From: Candidatus Woesearchaeota archaeon
Lineage (GTDB): Archaea; Nanobdellota; Nanobdellia; Pacearchaeales; GW2011-AR1
DNA: 42,696 nt
NCBI GenBank assembly: GCA_964624735.1
Contig: CAZUXN010000003.1
Coordinates: 1-42,696, forward strand
Direction: 5' to 3'
In this document: piece after piece, positions 16,720-24,355 of the stretch
How the letters are laid out: the number at the start of each line of letters is the position of its first letter
Numbering within the stretch: position 1 is the stretch's first letter
Program-made: the position numbers and the translations under genes
The notes under the pieces: model-generated
What the model saw: only the letters and a program-made list of their open reading frames with translations
Told to the model about the DNA's origin: nothing
Databases searched by the model: none

Positions 16720-16947
16720 ATGATTAAAAATAATATTCATTCTTCGAAGAGCAGGTTGGTTGTTCTTTTGCTTTGTATTTTTTTGGGATTTTTGGGAATT
16801 CATAGATTTTATGTTGGCAAGGCGGGGACGGGTTTTCTTTATCTTATAACTTGTGGATTTGCGGGGATTGGAATTTTTATTGATTTCGTGATGATTCTTG
16901 TGGGAAGTTTTACCGATAAGGGCGGGCGTTTTGTTAAAGAGTGGTAA
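16720..16947 (+). CDS. TM2-domain membrane protein
   Basis: 75 aa. GFLGIHRFYVGKAGTGFLYLITCGFAGIGIFIDF is the TM2-domain signature. Confidence 0.8.
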   Translation: MIKNNIHSSKSRLVVLLLCIFLGFLGIHRFYVGKAGTGFLYLITCGFAGIGIFIDFVMILVGSFTDKGGRFVKEW

Positions 16948-16994
16948 TTTGTTTTAATGGGAAGATTAATAAGTTTGGTTTTCTATTTTGTTTT

Positions 16995-18647
16995 ATGAGG
17001 GAGATTATTGTTAATTTGATTTCGAAGGAAGTCGGGGAGGATGTTTCTAATTTAGTTGAGGTTCCGCCGAAAGAGGAGATGGGGGATTTTGCGTTTCCGT
17101 GTTTTGAGTTGGCGAAGAAGATGAGTAAGTCGCCTGTTGTTATCGCTGAGGATTTTGTTGGGAAGTTTCGGAAGAAGTTGCCCAAGGGTGTTGAGCGGGT
17201 TGATGCAAAAGGGGCTTATGTGAATTTTTTTGTTGATAATAAGATTTTGGCGGAGAGGGTATTTGCCGAGAAGAAGAGGGCTGTGAAGAAGAGAGGGAAG
17301 ATTGTGATTGATATGTCGTCGCCGAATATTGCGAAGCCGTTTGGGATTGGGCATTTGAGGTCGACGATTATCGGGAATTCGATTGGGAAGATTTGCGAGG
17401 CGAATGGGTTTGAAGTTACGAAAATTAATTATCTTGGAGATTGGGGGACGCAGTTTGGGAAGGTTATTTTTGGGTTTAAGAAATGGGGGAGCGAGGTGAA
17501 GTTGAAGAAGAATTCTATCGAGCATTTGTATGAGTTGTATGTTCGGGCTAGTGAGGAGGAGTTTGAGGATGAGACTCGTGAGGAATTTAGGAAGTTGGAG
17601 AGTGGTGACTCTGATAATGTTAAGTTATGGAAGAAGTTTAGGAAGTTGTCGTTGGAAGAGTTTGATGAGATTTATGATTTGCTTGGGGTTAAGTTTGATG
17701 TTGTTAGTGGAGAGAGTTTTTATAATGGAAAGATGGATGGTGTTGTCGAAGAATTAAGGAAGAGGAAATTATTGAAGAAGGATGATGGGGCGGAGATTGT
17801 TGATTTGGAGAGAGATGGGCTTGGGGTTGTGTTAATTCAGAAATCTGATGGGACTTCGCTTTATGTGACGAGGGATTTGGCTGCTGCGATTGATAGGAAA
17901 AAGAAATATAGATTTAATAGGATGATTTATGAGGTTGGGAATGAGCAGGTTTTGCATTTTAAGCAGTTGTTTCGGATTCTTGATAAGATGGGGTATAAAT
18001 GGGCGAAGGATTGTGTTCATGTTGCACATGGTTTGTATTTGGGTGGGGATGGGAAGAAGTTTGCGACGAGGAAGGGGAAGAGTGTTTTTATGAGGGATGT
18101 TTTGAGAGAAGTTATTGAGAAGGCGAGGCTTCGCTTGTCGGGAGTCGGAAGTCGGAAGTCGGAAGTCGGAAAGCTGGAGTTGGATTTGAGGGCGAGGAAG
18201 ATTGCGTTGGCGGCGATTTTTTATGGGGATTTGAAGAATTCACGGGAGAGTAATATGGTTTTTGATGTTGATAGGTTTTTGAGTTTTGAGGGGGACACGG
18301 GGCCATATTTATTGTATTCGTATGCGAGGGCTGCTTCGCTTTTGAGAAAGCGAAGGGGTCGTGGGTCGTGGGTCGTGGGTCGTGGGTTTAATGTTAGTGA
18401 GGTTCGGCTGTTGAAGAAGATTGATTCTTTTAGAGATGTTGTCGTGAGGGCTTATGAGAATTTGGCGCCGAATTTTGTTGCGAATTATTGTTTTGAGTTG
18501 GCGACGTTGTTTAATGAGTTCTATCATTCGTGTCCTGTGATTGGTTCAAATGAAGAAGGATTTAGGTTGAAGTTGGTTAAGAAGTTTAAGGAAGTTTTGG
18601 GAGAGGGGTTGGGTTTGTTGGGGATTGAGACTTTGGAGAGTATGTGA
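16995..18647 (+). CDS. argS: arginine--tRNA ligase
   Basis: SSPNIAKPFGIGHLRSTIIGN (HIGH-equivalent region), GDWGTQFG, SDGTSLYVTRDLAA, and a C-terminal DALR-type anticodon-binding domain. The start is at Met19 of the ORF, 23 nt after a TATA-like ATTAATAA. Carries two repeat inserts. Confidence 0.92.
   Translation: MREIIVNLISKEVGEDVSNLVEVPPKEEMGDFAFPCFELAKKMSKSPVVIAEDFVGKFRKKLPKGVERVDAKGAYVNFFVDNKILAERVFAEKKRAVKKRGKIVIDMSSPNIAKPFGIGHLRSTIIGNSIGKICEANGFEVTKINYLGDWGTQFGKVIFGFKKWGSEVKLKKNSIEHLYELYVRASEEEFEDETREEFRKLESGDSDNVKLWKKFRKLSLEEFDEIYDLLGVKFDVVSGESFYNGKMDGVVEELRKRKLLKKDDGAEIVDLERDGLGVVLIQKSDGTSLYVTRDLAAAIDRKKKYRFNRMIYEVGNEQVLHFKQLFRILDKMGYKWAKDCVHVAHGLYLGGDGKKFATRKGKSVFMRDVLREVIEKARLRLSGVGSRKSEVGKLELDLRARKIALAAIFYGDLKNSRESNMVFDVDRFLSFEGDTGPYLLYSYARAASLLRKRRGRGSWVVGRGFNVSEVRLLKKIDSFRDVVVRAYENLAPNFVANYCFELATLFNEFYHSCPVIGSNEEGFRLKLVKKFKEVLGEGLGLLGIETLESM
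18137..18171 (+). repeat. 5x 7-nt array GTCGGGA + 4x GTCGGAA in argS
   Basis: Encodes SGVGSRKSEVGK. 18143-18171 is identical over 29 nt to 40185-40213 in the pilus platform gene. Confidence 0.92.
18334..18385 (+). repeat. hairpin CTTCGCT-N8-AGCGAAG (18334-18355) followed by 4x GTCGTGG (18358-18385) in argS
   Basis: Encodes ..LLRKRRGRGSWVVGRG.. after the conserved YSYARAASLLRK segment. Confidence 0.9.
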
Positions 18648-19454
18648 TTACTTAACTTGTTTGAAATTTTCCCAGGCGATTTCGAAAAGTTGTTCGAGGG
18701 CTTGGGCGAAGAATTCTGTGTTTAGCCAGACTCCGATGTCGTAGGTAGGGTGGACTTCTCCATCGTTAAGGAGCATGAACATTAGTTGTTCGCTGTCGAC
18801 TATCATAAATCGTGCTCGGAGTGATTCGACGTTTCTTACTTCGGCTACTTTTGAGAAATCTTTTGCTACTTGTTTGTTTTCCTCTGTGATTGGTGCGGCG
18901 ATGCGGATTGCTACGCCTCGTTTTTTTGCTTTTTCTAATGACGGTAAAAGGATTTCAAGTTTTCGGCTTAGTCCGTCTGCGGTTGTTACGAGTGTGATTG
19001 TGTCCTGTGCTTCTCTGACTAACATGTCTAAATGGTTGTAGATGTTTTGTCGGCCCTTGAGTGCCCCAGATAAGTCTGTTGGTTCTATGAATTTAATTCC
19101 GTCCGTGAATAAACTGTTTAATTCTTCAAGGACGTCGTTGCCTTTTAGTTTTTCTAATCTTTTTGATTTTTCGCTTGCGATAGTTACGAGGTTCTTTTTT
19201 ACTCGTTCGATTACTTCTTCTGGTTTTAGTGCGACGAACTTGATTGGTTTGCCGAGTTTCATAACTATGAATCCTTTTTTTTCGAGGGATTCTAAGATGT
19301 CGTATGTTCGGGAACGTGGGACGTCGGAAATTGATGATAATTCACCTGCTGTTGACGTTCCTCTGGATAGGAGTGCTGTCCAAACTTTTACCTCGTAAAG
19401 GTTGAGGTCGAATATTTTTCTTAACCGGCTCAAAAATTCCTCTTTAACAATCAT
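18648..19454 (-). CDS. TrmB-family transcriptional regulator
   Basis: N-terminal wHTH LYEVKVWTALLSRGTSTAGELSSISDVPRSRTYDILESLEKKGFI plus a C-terminal TrmB-type effector domain. Confidence 0.85.
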   Translation of the reverse strand: MIVKEEFLSRLRKIFDLNLYEVKVWTALLSRGTSTAGELSSISDVPRSRTYDILESLEKKGFIVMKLGKPIKFVALKPEEVIERVKKNLVTIASEKSKRLEKLKGNDVLEELNSLFTDGIKFIEPTDLSGALKGRQNIYNHLDMLVREAQDTITLVTTADGLSRKLEILLPSLEKAKKRGVAIRIAAPITEENKQVAKDFSKVAEVRNVESLRARFMIVDSEQLMFMLLNDGEVHPTYDIGVWLNTEFFAQALEQLFEIAWENFKQVK

Positions 19455-19537
19455 ATATATTTCAATGTTGAATAGTATTTAAATGTTTCTTCAAATTGTT
19501 TCGGGGGCGAGGAGTAAAAATGTTTTTATCGACGCTG

Positions 19538-22441
19538 TTATATTTTGTTGAATTTTATAATGAAGGATTTATTTTTTATTTTTCCCTCTTCTAAGTGACT
19601 AAACTTTTTATTTGATTCATCAAATGAGATTGTTTTTGCCCCAACCCTTTTTTGGATGAAGTTGAGTTGTGATTTTATTTTGTCATTGAATTCTGATATT
19701 ATTTCAAGTTCGATTGAATCGGATCTTGAGAGATTTGCCTTTTTTCTTGTTGCCTGAATTTTTCTTGATATTTCTCTTGCGAAGCCTTCGGATTCGAGTT
19801 CGGGGGTGATGTTTGTATCGAGTTTGATTCCCCAATCTTTTTCGTGAGCTTCTTTATATTCTATTTTTTTTATGTTTAGTTCTTCTTTTATAATTTGGTG
19901 TAATTCTTTGCTGAAGTTTTTGTAGTATTTTATTGTTGCTTTGGCGAGTGGCCATTTGATTCCGATTTGGACTTTGTCTCTTTCTCTTAGTCCTTGTGAA
20001 ACTGCCCATTTTATTTGTTCCATTTCTTGTTCGAGTTTTTTGTTGATTAATTTTTGGTTTGCTTTTGGGTAATCTTGAAGGTGGATTGATTTTTTCTTGC
20101 CGTTCATGTCTTGGTATATTTTTTCTGTTACGAATGGGATTATTGGTGCGAGGATTTTTGTTAGTTTTTCAAGGACATATCTTAATGTTTTTCTTGCGGA
20201 TTCGTCATTGGTGTTAAATCTGTCTCGCGAGTTTCTGATGTACCAAGTTGATAGGTTGTCTATGTATTTTTTTATGGATTCGCAGGCTTTTATCGTGTTG
20301 TATTCTTCGAGGGTTTTTTGGATTGTTGCATTTAGAATTTCGGTTTTTGAGATTATCCATTTGTCCATTATATGTTGGCTTGTGGCTTGTGGCTTGTCGC
20401 TTGTCGCTTGGTAGTCTTGGTAGAAGTTTGAGATGTTGTATAGCAGGACTGTGACTTGTTTGTATGTTTCTTGGAGACCTTTTTCTGAGAAGTTGAAATT
20501 TTCGGCGTTCATAACTGGTGATTGGAGCAGGTAAAATCTCAAGGTGTCTGCTCCATATTTGTCTATGACCTTGAGTGGGTCTGGATAGTTTTTTAGTGAT
20601 TTTGACATTTTTTGTCCGTTTTCTGCGAGGATTGTTCCGGTTGTTAGGACGTTTTCAAATGGGATTTTGTCGAAGAGGATTGCTGATAATGTCATCATAT
20701 AATAAAACCACGCTCTGGTTTGTGCGATGTATTCTGATACGAATTGTGCTGGGAAGTGTTTGTTGAAATATTCTTTGTTTTCAAATGGATAATGGAATTG
20801 GGCGAAGGTCATTGCCCCTGATTCGAACCAGCAGTCTAAGACTTCCGGGATTCTTTCATAGGTTTCATTTTCTATTTTTAGTTTTATGTTGTCTAATGTG
20901 TCTTTGTGTAGGTCGACAATCGGCAAAGCCGATTGTGTTTTTGGTTTTTGGTTTTTGGTTTTTGGTGAGCTGTCGATAAGCTCTTCTAATTCTTTTATTG
21001 AACCTACGACTTTTATTTTTCCTGATTTTGATTTCCAGATTGGGATTGCTGTCGCCCAGTATCTGTTTCGCGTGATGTTCCAGTCTGGTGCAGTTGAGAT
21101 GTTGTGTTGCATTCGACCTTCTTTGAGATGTTTTGGGAACCAATTGATTTTGAGGTTTAATTTTAGGAGTTTGTTTTTGATTTTTTGGATGTCGACGAAC
21201 CATGCTGGTAGGGCTCTGTATATTAGTTTTGTGTCACATCTATAGCAGAAAGGGTATTCGTGTTCCATTTTTTTTATTGCGATTGCTTTGCTGGATTTTT
21301 TTAGGTCGATTGCGATTTGTTCATTTGCGTCGTGGACGAATTGTCCTTTATAATCGCTTACTTCTTTTGTAAATTTTCCGTTTTCGTCGACGGGTTGGAC
21401 TATAGGGATGTTGTATTTTTTGCAGATGGCGTTGTCGTCTTCTCCGAATGCCGGTGCTGTGTGAACTATTCCGGTTCCGTCTTCGGCTGTTACGAAGTCG
21501 TCTAGTAAAAATTGGAAAGAGTTTGGGTTGTTTTTGAAGTAGGGGAATATGGGTTCGTATTTTTTGCCTTCGAGTTTTTTGCCTTTTATTTCTTCTGTGA
21601 TTGTGTATTCATCTTTGGATTTATAGAATTTTGGAATTAGTTTTTTTGCGAGGAGATATGTGTTTCCGTCGTCTTTGTCTTTGATGTATGCGTATGTTAG
21701 TTTTGGGTTGACTGTTAGTGCAAGGTTACTCGGGAGAGTCCATGGGGTTGTTGTCCATGCCAAAGCAAAAACTTCGTTTTTGCTTTCGGTGTTCGGTGTT
21801 CGGTGTGTCGGTGTGTCGGAGAGTTTGAATTTCACGACGATGGTCGTGTCTTTTATAATTTTGTAAGAATTGTCCATTGCGATTTCGGATTTTGATAATG
21901 GGGTCGAACATCGTGGACAGTAGAGCAGGATTTTTTCGCCTTCGTATAGGTATCCTTTTTCGTAGAGTTGTTTGAATGCCCACCAGACTGATTCGATGTA
22001 GTTTGTGTCCATTGTTTTGTAGCCGTCTTTGAAATCTACCCATCTTCCGATTTTGTCGATGTATTTTTCCCAGTCGTTGGCGTAGGTCAAAACTTTTGAG
22101 CGGCAGAAATCGTTGAATTTTTTGATGCCTATCTTCTCAATTTCGTCTTTGGAGTTTATGCCGAGTTCTTTTTCTGCGATGTTTTCGATTGGTAGTCCGT
22201 GGCAGTCCCAGCCCCAGTTTCGTTTGACGTATCTGCCTTGCATTGTGAAGAATCTTGGGAAGACGTCTTTTAGCGTCGAGGCTAATAAATGTCCGTAGTG
22301 TGGTAGTCCGGTTGCGAATGGTGGGCCGTCGTAGAAGATGTAGGGTTTTCCTTTTTCTGTTTGCTTTAATGATTTTTCAAATGTCTTGTCTTTCTTCCAG
22401 AATTTTAGGATTTCGTTTTCTGTTTCGGAGATGGATGTCAT
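19538..22441 (-). CDS. ileS: isoleucine--tRNA ligase
   Basis: HIGH motif PHYGHLL, editing-domain signature WTTTPWTLPSN, and KMSKS (GQKMSKSLKNY). Carries three repeat inserts. Confidence 0.95.
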   Translation of the reverse strand: MTSISETENEILKFWKKDKTFEKSLKQTEKGKPYIFYDGPPFATGLPHYGHLLASTLKDVFPRFFTMQGRYVKRNWGWDCHGLPIENIAEKELGINSKDEIEKIGIKKFNDFCRSKVLTYANDWEKYIDKIGRWVDFKDGYKTMDTNYIESVWWAFKQLYEKGYLYEGEKILLYCPRCSTPLSKSEIAMDNSYKIIKDTTIVVKFKLSDTPTHRTPNTESKNEVFALAWTTTPWTLPSNLALTVNPKLTYAYIKDKDDGNTYLLAKKLIPKFYKSKDEYTITEEIKGKKLEGKKYEPIFPYFKNNPNSFQFLLDDFVTAEDGTGIVHTAPAFGEDDNAICKKYNIPIVQPVDENGKFTKEVSDYKGQFVHDANEQIAIDLKKSSKAIAIKKMEHEYPFCYRCDTKLIYRALPAWFVDIQKIKNKLLKLNLKINWFPKHLKEGRMQHNISTAPDWNITRNRYWATAIPIWKSKSGKIKVVGSIKELEELIDSSPKTKNQKPKTQSALPIVDLHKDTLDNIKLKIENETYERIPEVLDCWFESGAMTFAQFHYPFENKEYFNKHFPAQFVSEYIAQTRAWFYYMMTLSAILFDKIPFENVLTTGTILAENGQKMSKSLKNYPDPLKVIDKYGADTLRFYLLQSPVMNAENFNFSEKGLQETYKQVTVLLYNISNFYQDYQATSDKPQATSQHIMDKWIISKTEILNATIQKTLEEYNTIKACESIKKYIDNLSTWYIRNSRDRFNTNDESARKTLRYVLEKLTKILAPIIPFVTEKIYQDMNGKKKSIHLQDYPKANQKLINKKLEQEMEQIKWAVSQGLRERDKVQIGIKWPLAKATIKYYKNFSKELHQIIKEELNIKKIEYKEAHEKDWGIKLDTNITPELESEGFAREISRKIQATRKKANLSRSDSIELEIISEFNDKIKSQLNFIQKRVGAKTISFDESNKKFSHLEEGKIKNKSFIIKFNKI
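20374..20409 (+). repeat. 5x 7-nt array (GTTGGCT)TGTGGCT/TGTGGCT/TGTCGCT/TGTCGCT in ileS (gene on the minus strand)
   Basis: Read on the + strand. It encodes QATSDKPQATSQ on the minus strand. Confidence 0.9.
20916..20964 (+). repeat. hairpin ACAATCGGC-AAA-GCCGATTGT (20916-20936) abutting 4x GTTTTTG (20937-20964) in ileS
   Basis: Perfect 9-bp stem. Together the hairpin and array encode SSPKTKNQKPKTQSALPIV just N-terminal of the DLHKD block. Confidence 0.9.
21762..21819 (+). repeat. hairpin AAAGCAAAAAC-TTC-GTTTTTGCTTT (21762-21786) running into a 7/8-nt array TGTTCGG x2 and TGTGTCGG x2 (to 21819) in ileS
   Basis: Perfect 11-bp stem. The low-coordinate arm encodes VFAL of VFALAWTTTPWT (native), and the other arm encodes ESKN. 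The array encodes TPTHRTPNT. Confidence 0.9.
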
Positions 22442-22503
22442 ATTATGGTTTAGAAAGGTGGATATTTAAGATTATTGTCAAGTATAATAATGCTTAAATA
22501 ATT

Positions 22504-22830
22504 GTGATTTGGTTTTATTTTATGGTAGATGATTTTTTGAGAGTGGCCGACGACGGTATGGTTCATCGATATAAATGTGTTTATGGTGGTTGCTATAAAG
22601 ATGTTGGGAGATATAAGACTAAGGATGGTAATTTTGTTGCTTTGAATGAGGTGACGGGAGAGCTTGATAAAGTCAGAGATAATAGAACGTTTAATATTTG
22701 GGAAAGAGTTGAGGAGTTTAAGCCGGAGGGGAAGGATGTTGGTGCGAGGAGGGATAGTGGGATTATTGATGAGGTTAAGTTGGATTTTTGGAGAAGGCTT
22801 GTTAAGAAGGCGGATTTTGTGCCGAGTTGA
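22504..22830 (+). CDS. hypothetical protein
   Basis: 108-aa ORF (GTG start; alternative ATG at 22522) with composition typical of plus-strand genes here. No family recognised. Confidence 0.45.
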   Translation: MIWFYFMVDDFLRVADDGMVHRYKCVYGGCYKDVGRYKTKDGNFVALNEVTGELDKVRDNRTFNIWERVEEFKPEGKDVGARRDSGIIDEVKLDFWRRLVKKADFVPS

Positions 22831-22838
22831 TAGAATTA

Positions 22839-23057
22839 TTATTTTTTGTTTTGGGATATTCTGCCTATCCAGAGTGTTGCGAGGACTGCGATTATTGTGA
22901 TGGTGATTGCATAAGTTAGCATTGCTGTGATTGAGCTTTGTTCGCCGAAGATTTTTTGAAAGATTTTTTGGATTGCAGAGTTCCAGGCGAGTGCGGTAAT
23001 TAGACCGAATGCGGCGGTGATGAGTGTGGCGAATTTTTCGATGAGTTCTTTTTTCAT
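22839..23057 (-). CDS. small 2-TM membrane protein
   Basis: 72 aa with two hydrophobic helices (ATLITAAFGLITALAW, ITITIIAVLATLWIG). Has a 4-nt overlap with the dph5 stop. Confidence 0.5.
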   Translation of the reverse strand: MKKELIEKFATLITAAFGLITALAWNSAIQKIFQKIFGEQSSITAMLTYAITITIIAVLATLWIGRISQNKK

Positions 23058-23905
23058 TGTTTATTATAGTTGAATATCTTTAAATATTCTTCTTCTAAGA
23101 AGTGAAGCTCGGTTGGGACGATTAGGCAGAATGGTATCCTTATTTGCTGTTCGTTGTCCGCTGTTCGCTTGTCGCTTGCGAGATTTTCTGGGGTATCGTA
23201 GAATATTTTTTGGTTGCTGGTTCCGGCGTTTGATATTGCTATGATTTTTTTTGGGAGGTTTGCCTTTGATTCGCTTAGTTGGTTGATTGCTTTTTTGATT
23301 TCGAGTCCGATGTCGGTTAGGATTAGGGTGTGGGCTTGGATTGATTGGTTTTGTTTGATAACGTCGGCGAAGGATTTTGGTTTGTTAGTGTGTTCTTTCC
23401 AATTTGGCATTGAGGTTGTTTTTCCGAATTTGTAGAGGGATAGGCCGGTTTCTGCGACGGTGGTTAGGATTGATGCGTTGTGGAAGATTTTGTATGGGAT
23501 GTTTTGTTTTTTGGCGGCGAGGATTAGTTGGATGTGTGTTGTTGCAGAGAGGGCGTCGCCGTAAACTAAGAGGGATACCACTTTCGTGGAAGCTTCTTTT
23601 ATTATTTGTTCGTTTTCTACGGCTTCTCTTGAAAGTGGTCGCAGGTCGCAGGTCACAGGTCGCAGGTCGCGGTTTATTGTTTTTTCTAGGTCTTCGATTT
23701 TGTAGGGGAAGTTGACGGTGTAATTTTCGAGATAGATTTTGTCGCAGGTTTTGAGGACATTGATGGCTTCGTCCGTTAGAGAGTTTGCGTTCATGCCAAG
23801 GCCTATCAAAAAAAGGAAACCTTTTTTTGATACTGGTCGCTGGGCCGCTCGGTACACCCCTTTTATTGGGGCGTCGCAGGTCGCTGGTTGCTTGTTTTGT
23901 TTCAT
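23054..23905 (-). CDS. dph5: diphthine synthase
   Basis: FLFLIGLGM.., LLVYGDALSATTH and NASILTTVAETGLSLYKFGKTTS are Dph5 methylase blocks. It has a ~29-aa N-terminal extension and two internal inserts made of 7-nt arrays. Confidence 0.85.
   Translation of the reverse strand: MKQNKQPATCDAPIKGVYRAAQRPVSKKGFLFLIGLGMNANSLTDEAINVLKTCDKIYLENYTVNFPYKIEDLEKTINRDLRPVTCDLRPLSREAVENEQIIKEASTKVVSLLVYGDALSATTHIQLILAAKKQNIPYKIFHNASILTTVAETGLSLYKFGKTTSMPNWKEHTNKPKSFADVIKQNQSIQAHTLILTDIGLEIKKAINQLSESKANLPKKIIAISNAGTSNQKIFYDTPENLASDKRTADNEQQIRIPFCLIVPTELHFLEEEYLKIFNYNKQ
23146..23180 (+). repeat. 5x 7-nt array GCTGTTC/GTTGTCC/GCTGTTC/GCTTGTC/GCTTGCG in dph5
   Basis: Encodes ASDKRTADNEQQ near the C-terminus (gene on the minus strand). 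Confidence 0.85.
23638..23672 (+). repeat. 5x 7-nt array GTCGCAG/GTCGCAG/GTCACAG/GTCGCAG/GTCGCGG in dph5
   Basis: Encodes RDLRPVTCDLRPL. It has the same + strand unit type as the ABCE1 arrays although the gene is on the opposite strand. Confidence 0.92.
23873..23893 (+). repeat. 3x 7-nt array GTCGCAG/GTCGCTG/GTTGCTT in the dph5 N-terminal extension
   Basis: Encodes KQPATCD. Preceded by the imperfect hairpin ACACCCC-N7-GGGGCGT (23854-23874). Confidence 0.8.
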
Positions 23906-23929
23906 GGTTTTTGAAGAGAGGTTGGGGTT

Positions 23930-24172
23930 TTAAGCTTTGTGCCAGATTAAGGTTGTGATGAATGTGAATGTTAGGGTTAGGGCGATTGTCGACTTTGTAG
24001 CTGTTAGCTGGTAGCTGTTAGCTGGTAGAATTAGTATTGTTATTATTGTGATTGATAGGAGGCAGAGGATGACTGGGAAGTATTTGGTGTAGATTTGTTT
24101 TTCGTCTTTTGTTGTTTTTGCGAGGATGATGCCGATGGGGATTGCTAAGATTAGAGTTAAGTATTCTATCAT
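23930..24172 (-). CDS. small 3-TM membrane ORF, about one third built from tandem repeats
   Basis: 80 aa. The C-terminal half (PANSYQLTATKSTIALTLTFTF) is encoded by the repeats at 23959-24028. Whether it is a real gene is uncertain. Confidence 0.4.
   Translation of the reverse strand: MIEYLTLILAIPIGIILAKTTKDEKQIYTKYFPVILCLLSITIITILILPANSYQLTATKSTIALTLTFTFITTLIWHKA
23959..24028 (+). repeat. hexamers TGAATG x2 and TTAGGG x2 (23959-23982) plus 7-nt array GTAGCTG/TTAGCTG x2 with a partial fifth unit GTAG (23997-24028)
   Basis: Read directly from the sequence. Confidence 0.9.
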
Positions 24173-24326
24173 AGGGTTTTGAGGTGGATGTTGTTTTTAA
24201 TGGTTGTGGAAATGGTTAGTGGGAATTTGGGGAGCTTGGAACTGGGGAGGGGGATTTTGGAGAACTTTCTGTTTTCAGATTTACGGCGGTTGTTGGCCTC
24301 CTGCGTGGTGCGTGGGTTTGGGTAAG

Positions 24327-24334
24327 TTTATAAG
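24327..24334 (+). promoter_or_regulatory. TATA box TTTATAAG
   Basis: Ends 22 nt before ATG 24356. This favours MKLVDVHAH over the TTG at 24347. Confidence 0.55.
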
Positions 24335-24355
24335 ATTATTTTTTGTTTGTGTTTA

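Noticed and set aside
24221-24260. A G-rich stretch (GGGAATTTGGGGAGCTTGGAACTGGGGAGGGGGATTTTGG) upstream of tatD as a repeat array or G-quadruplex.
   Set aside because: Its periodicity is irregular, and one inter-run loop would be 11 nt. It is much weaker than the 35215-35249 case.
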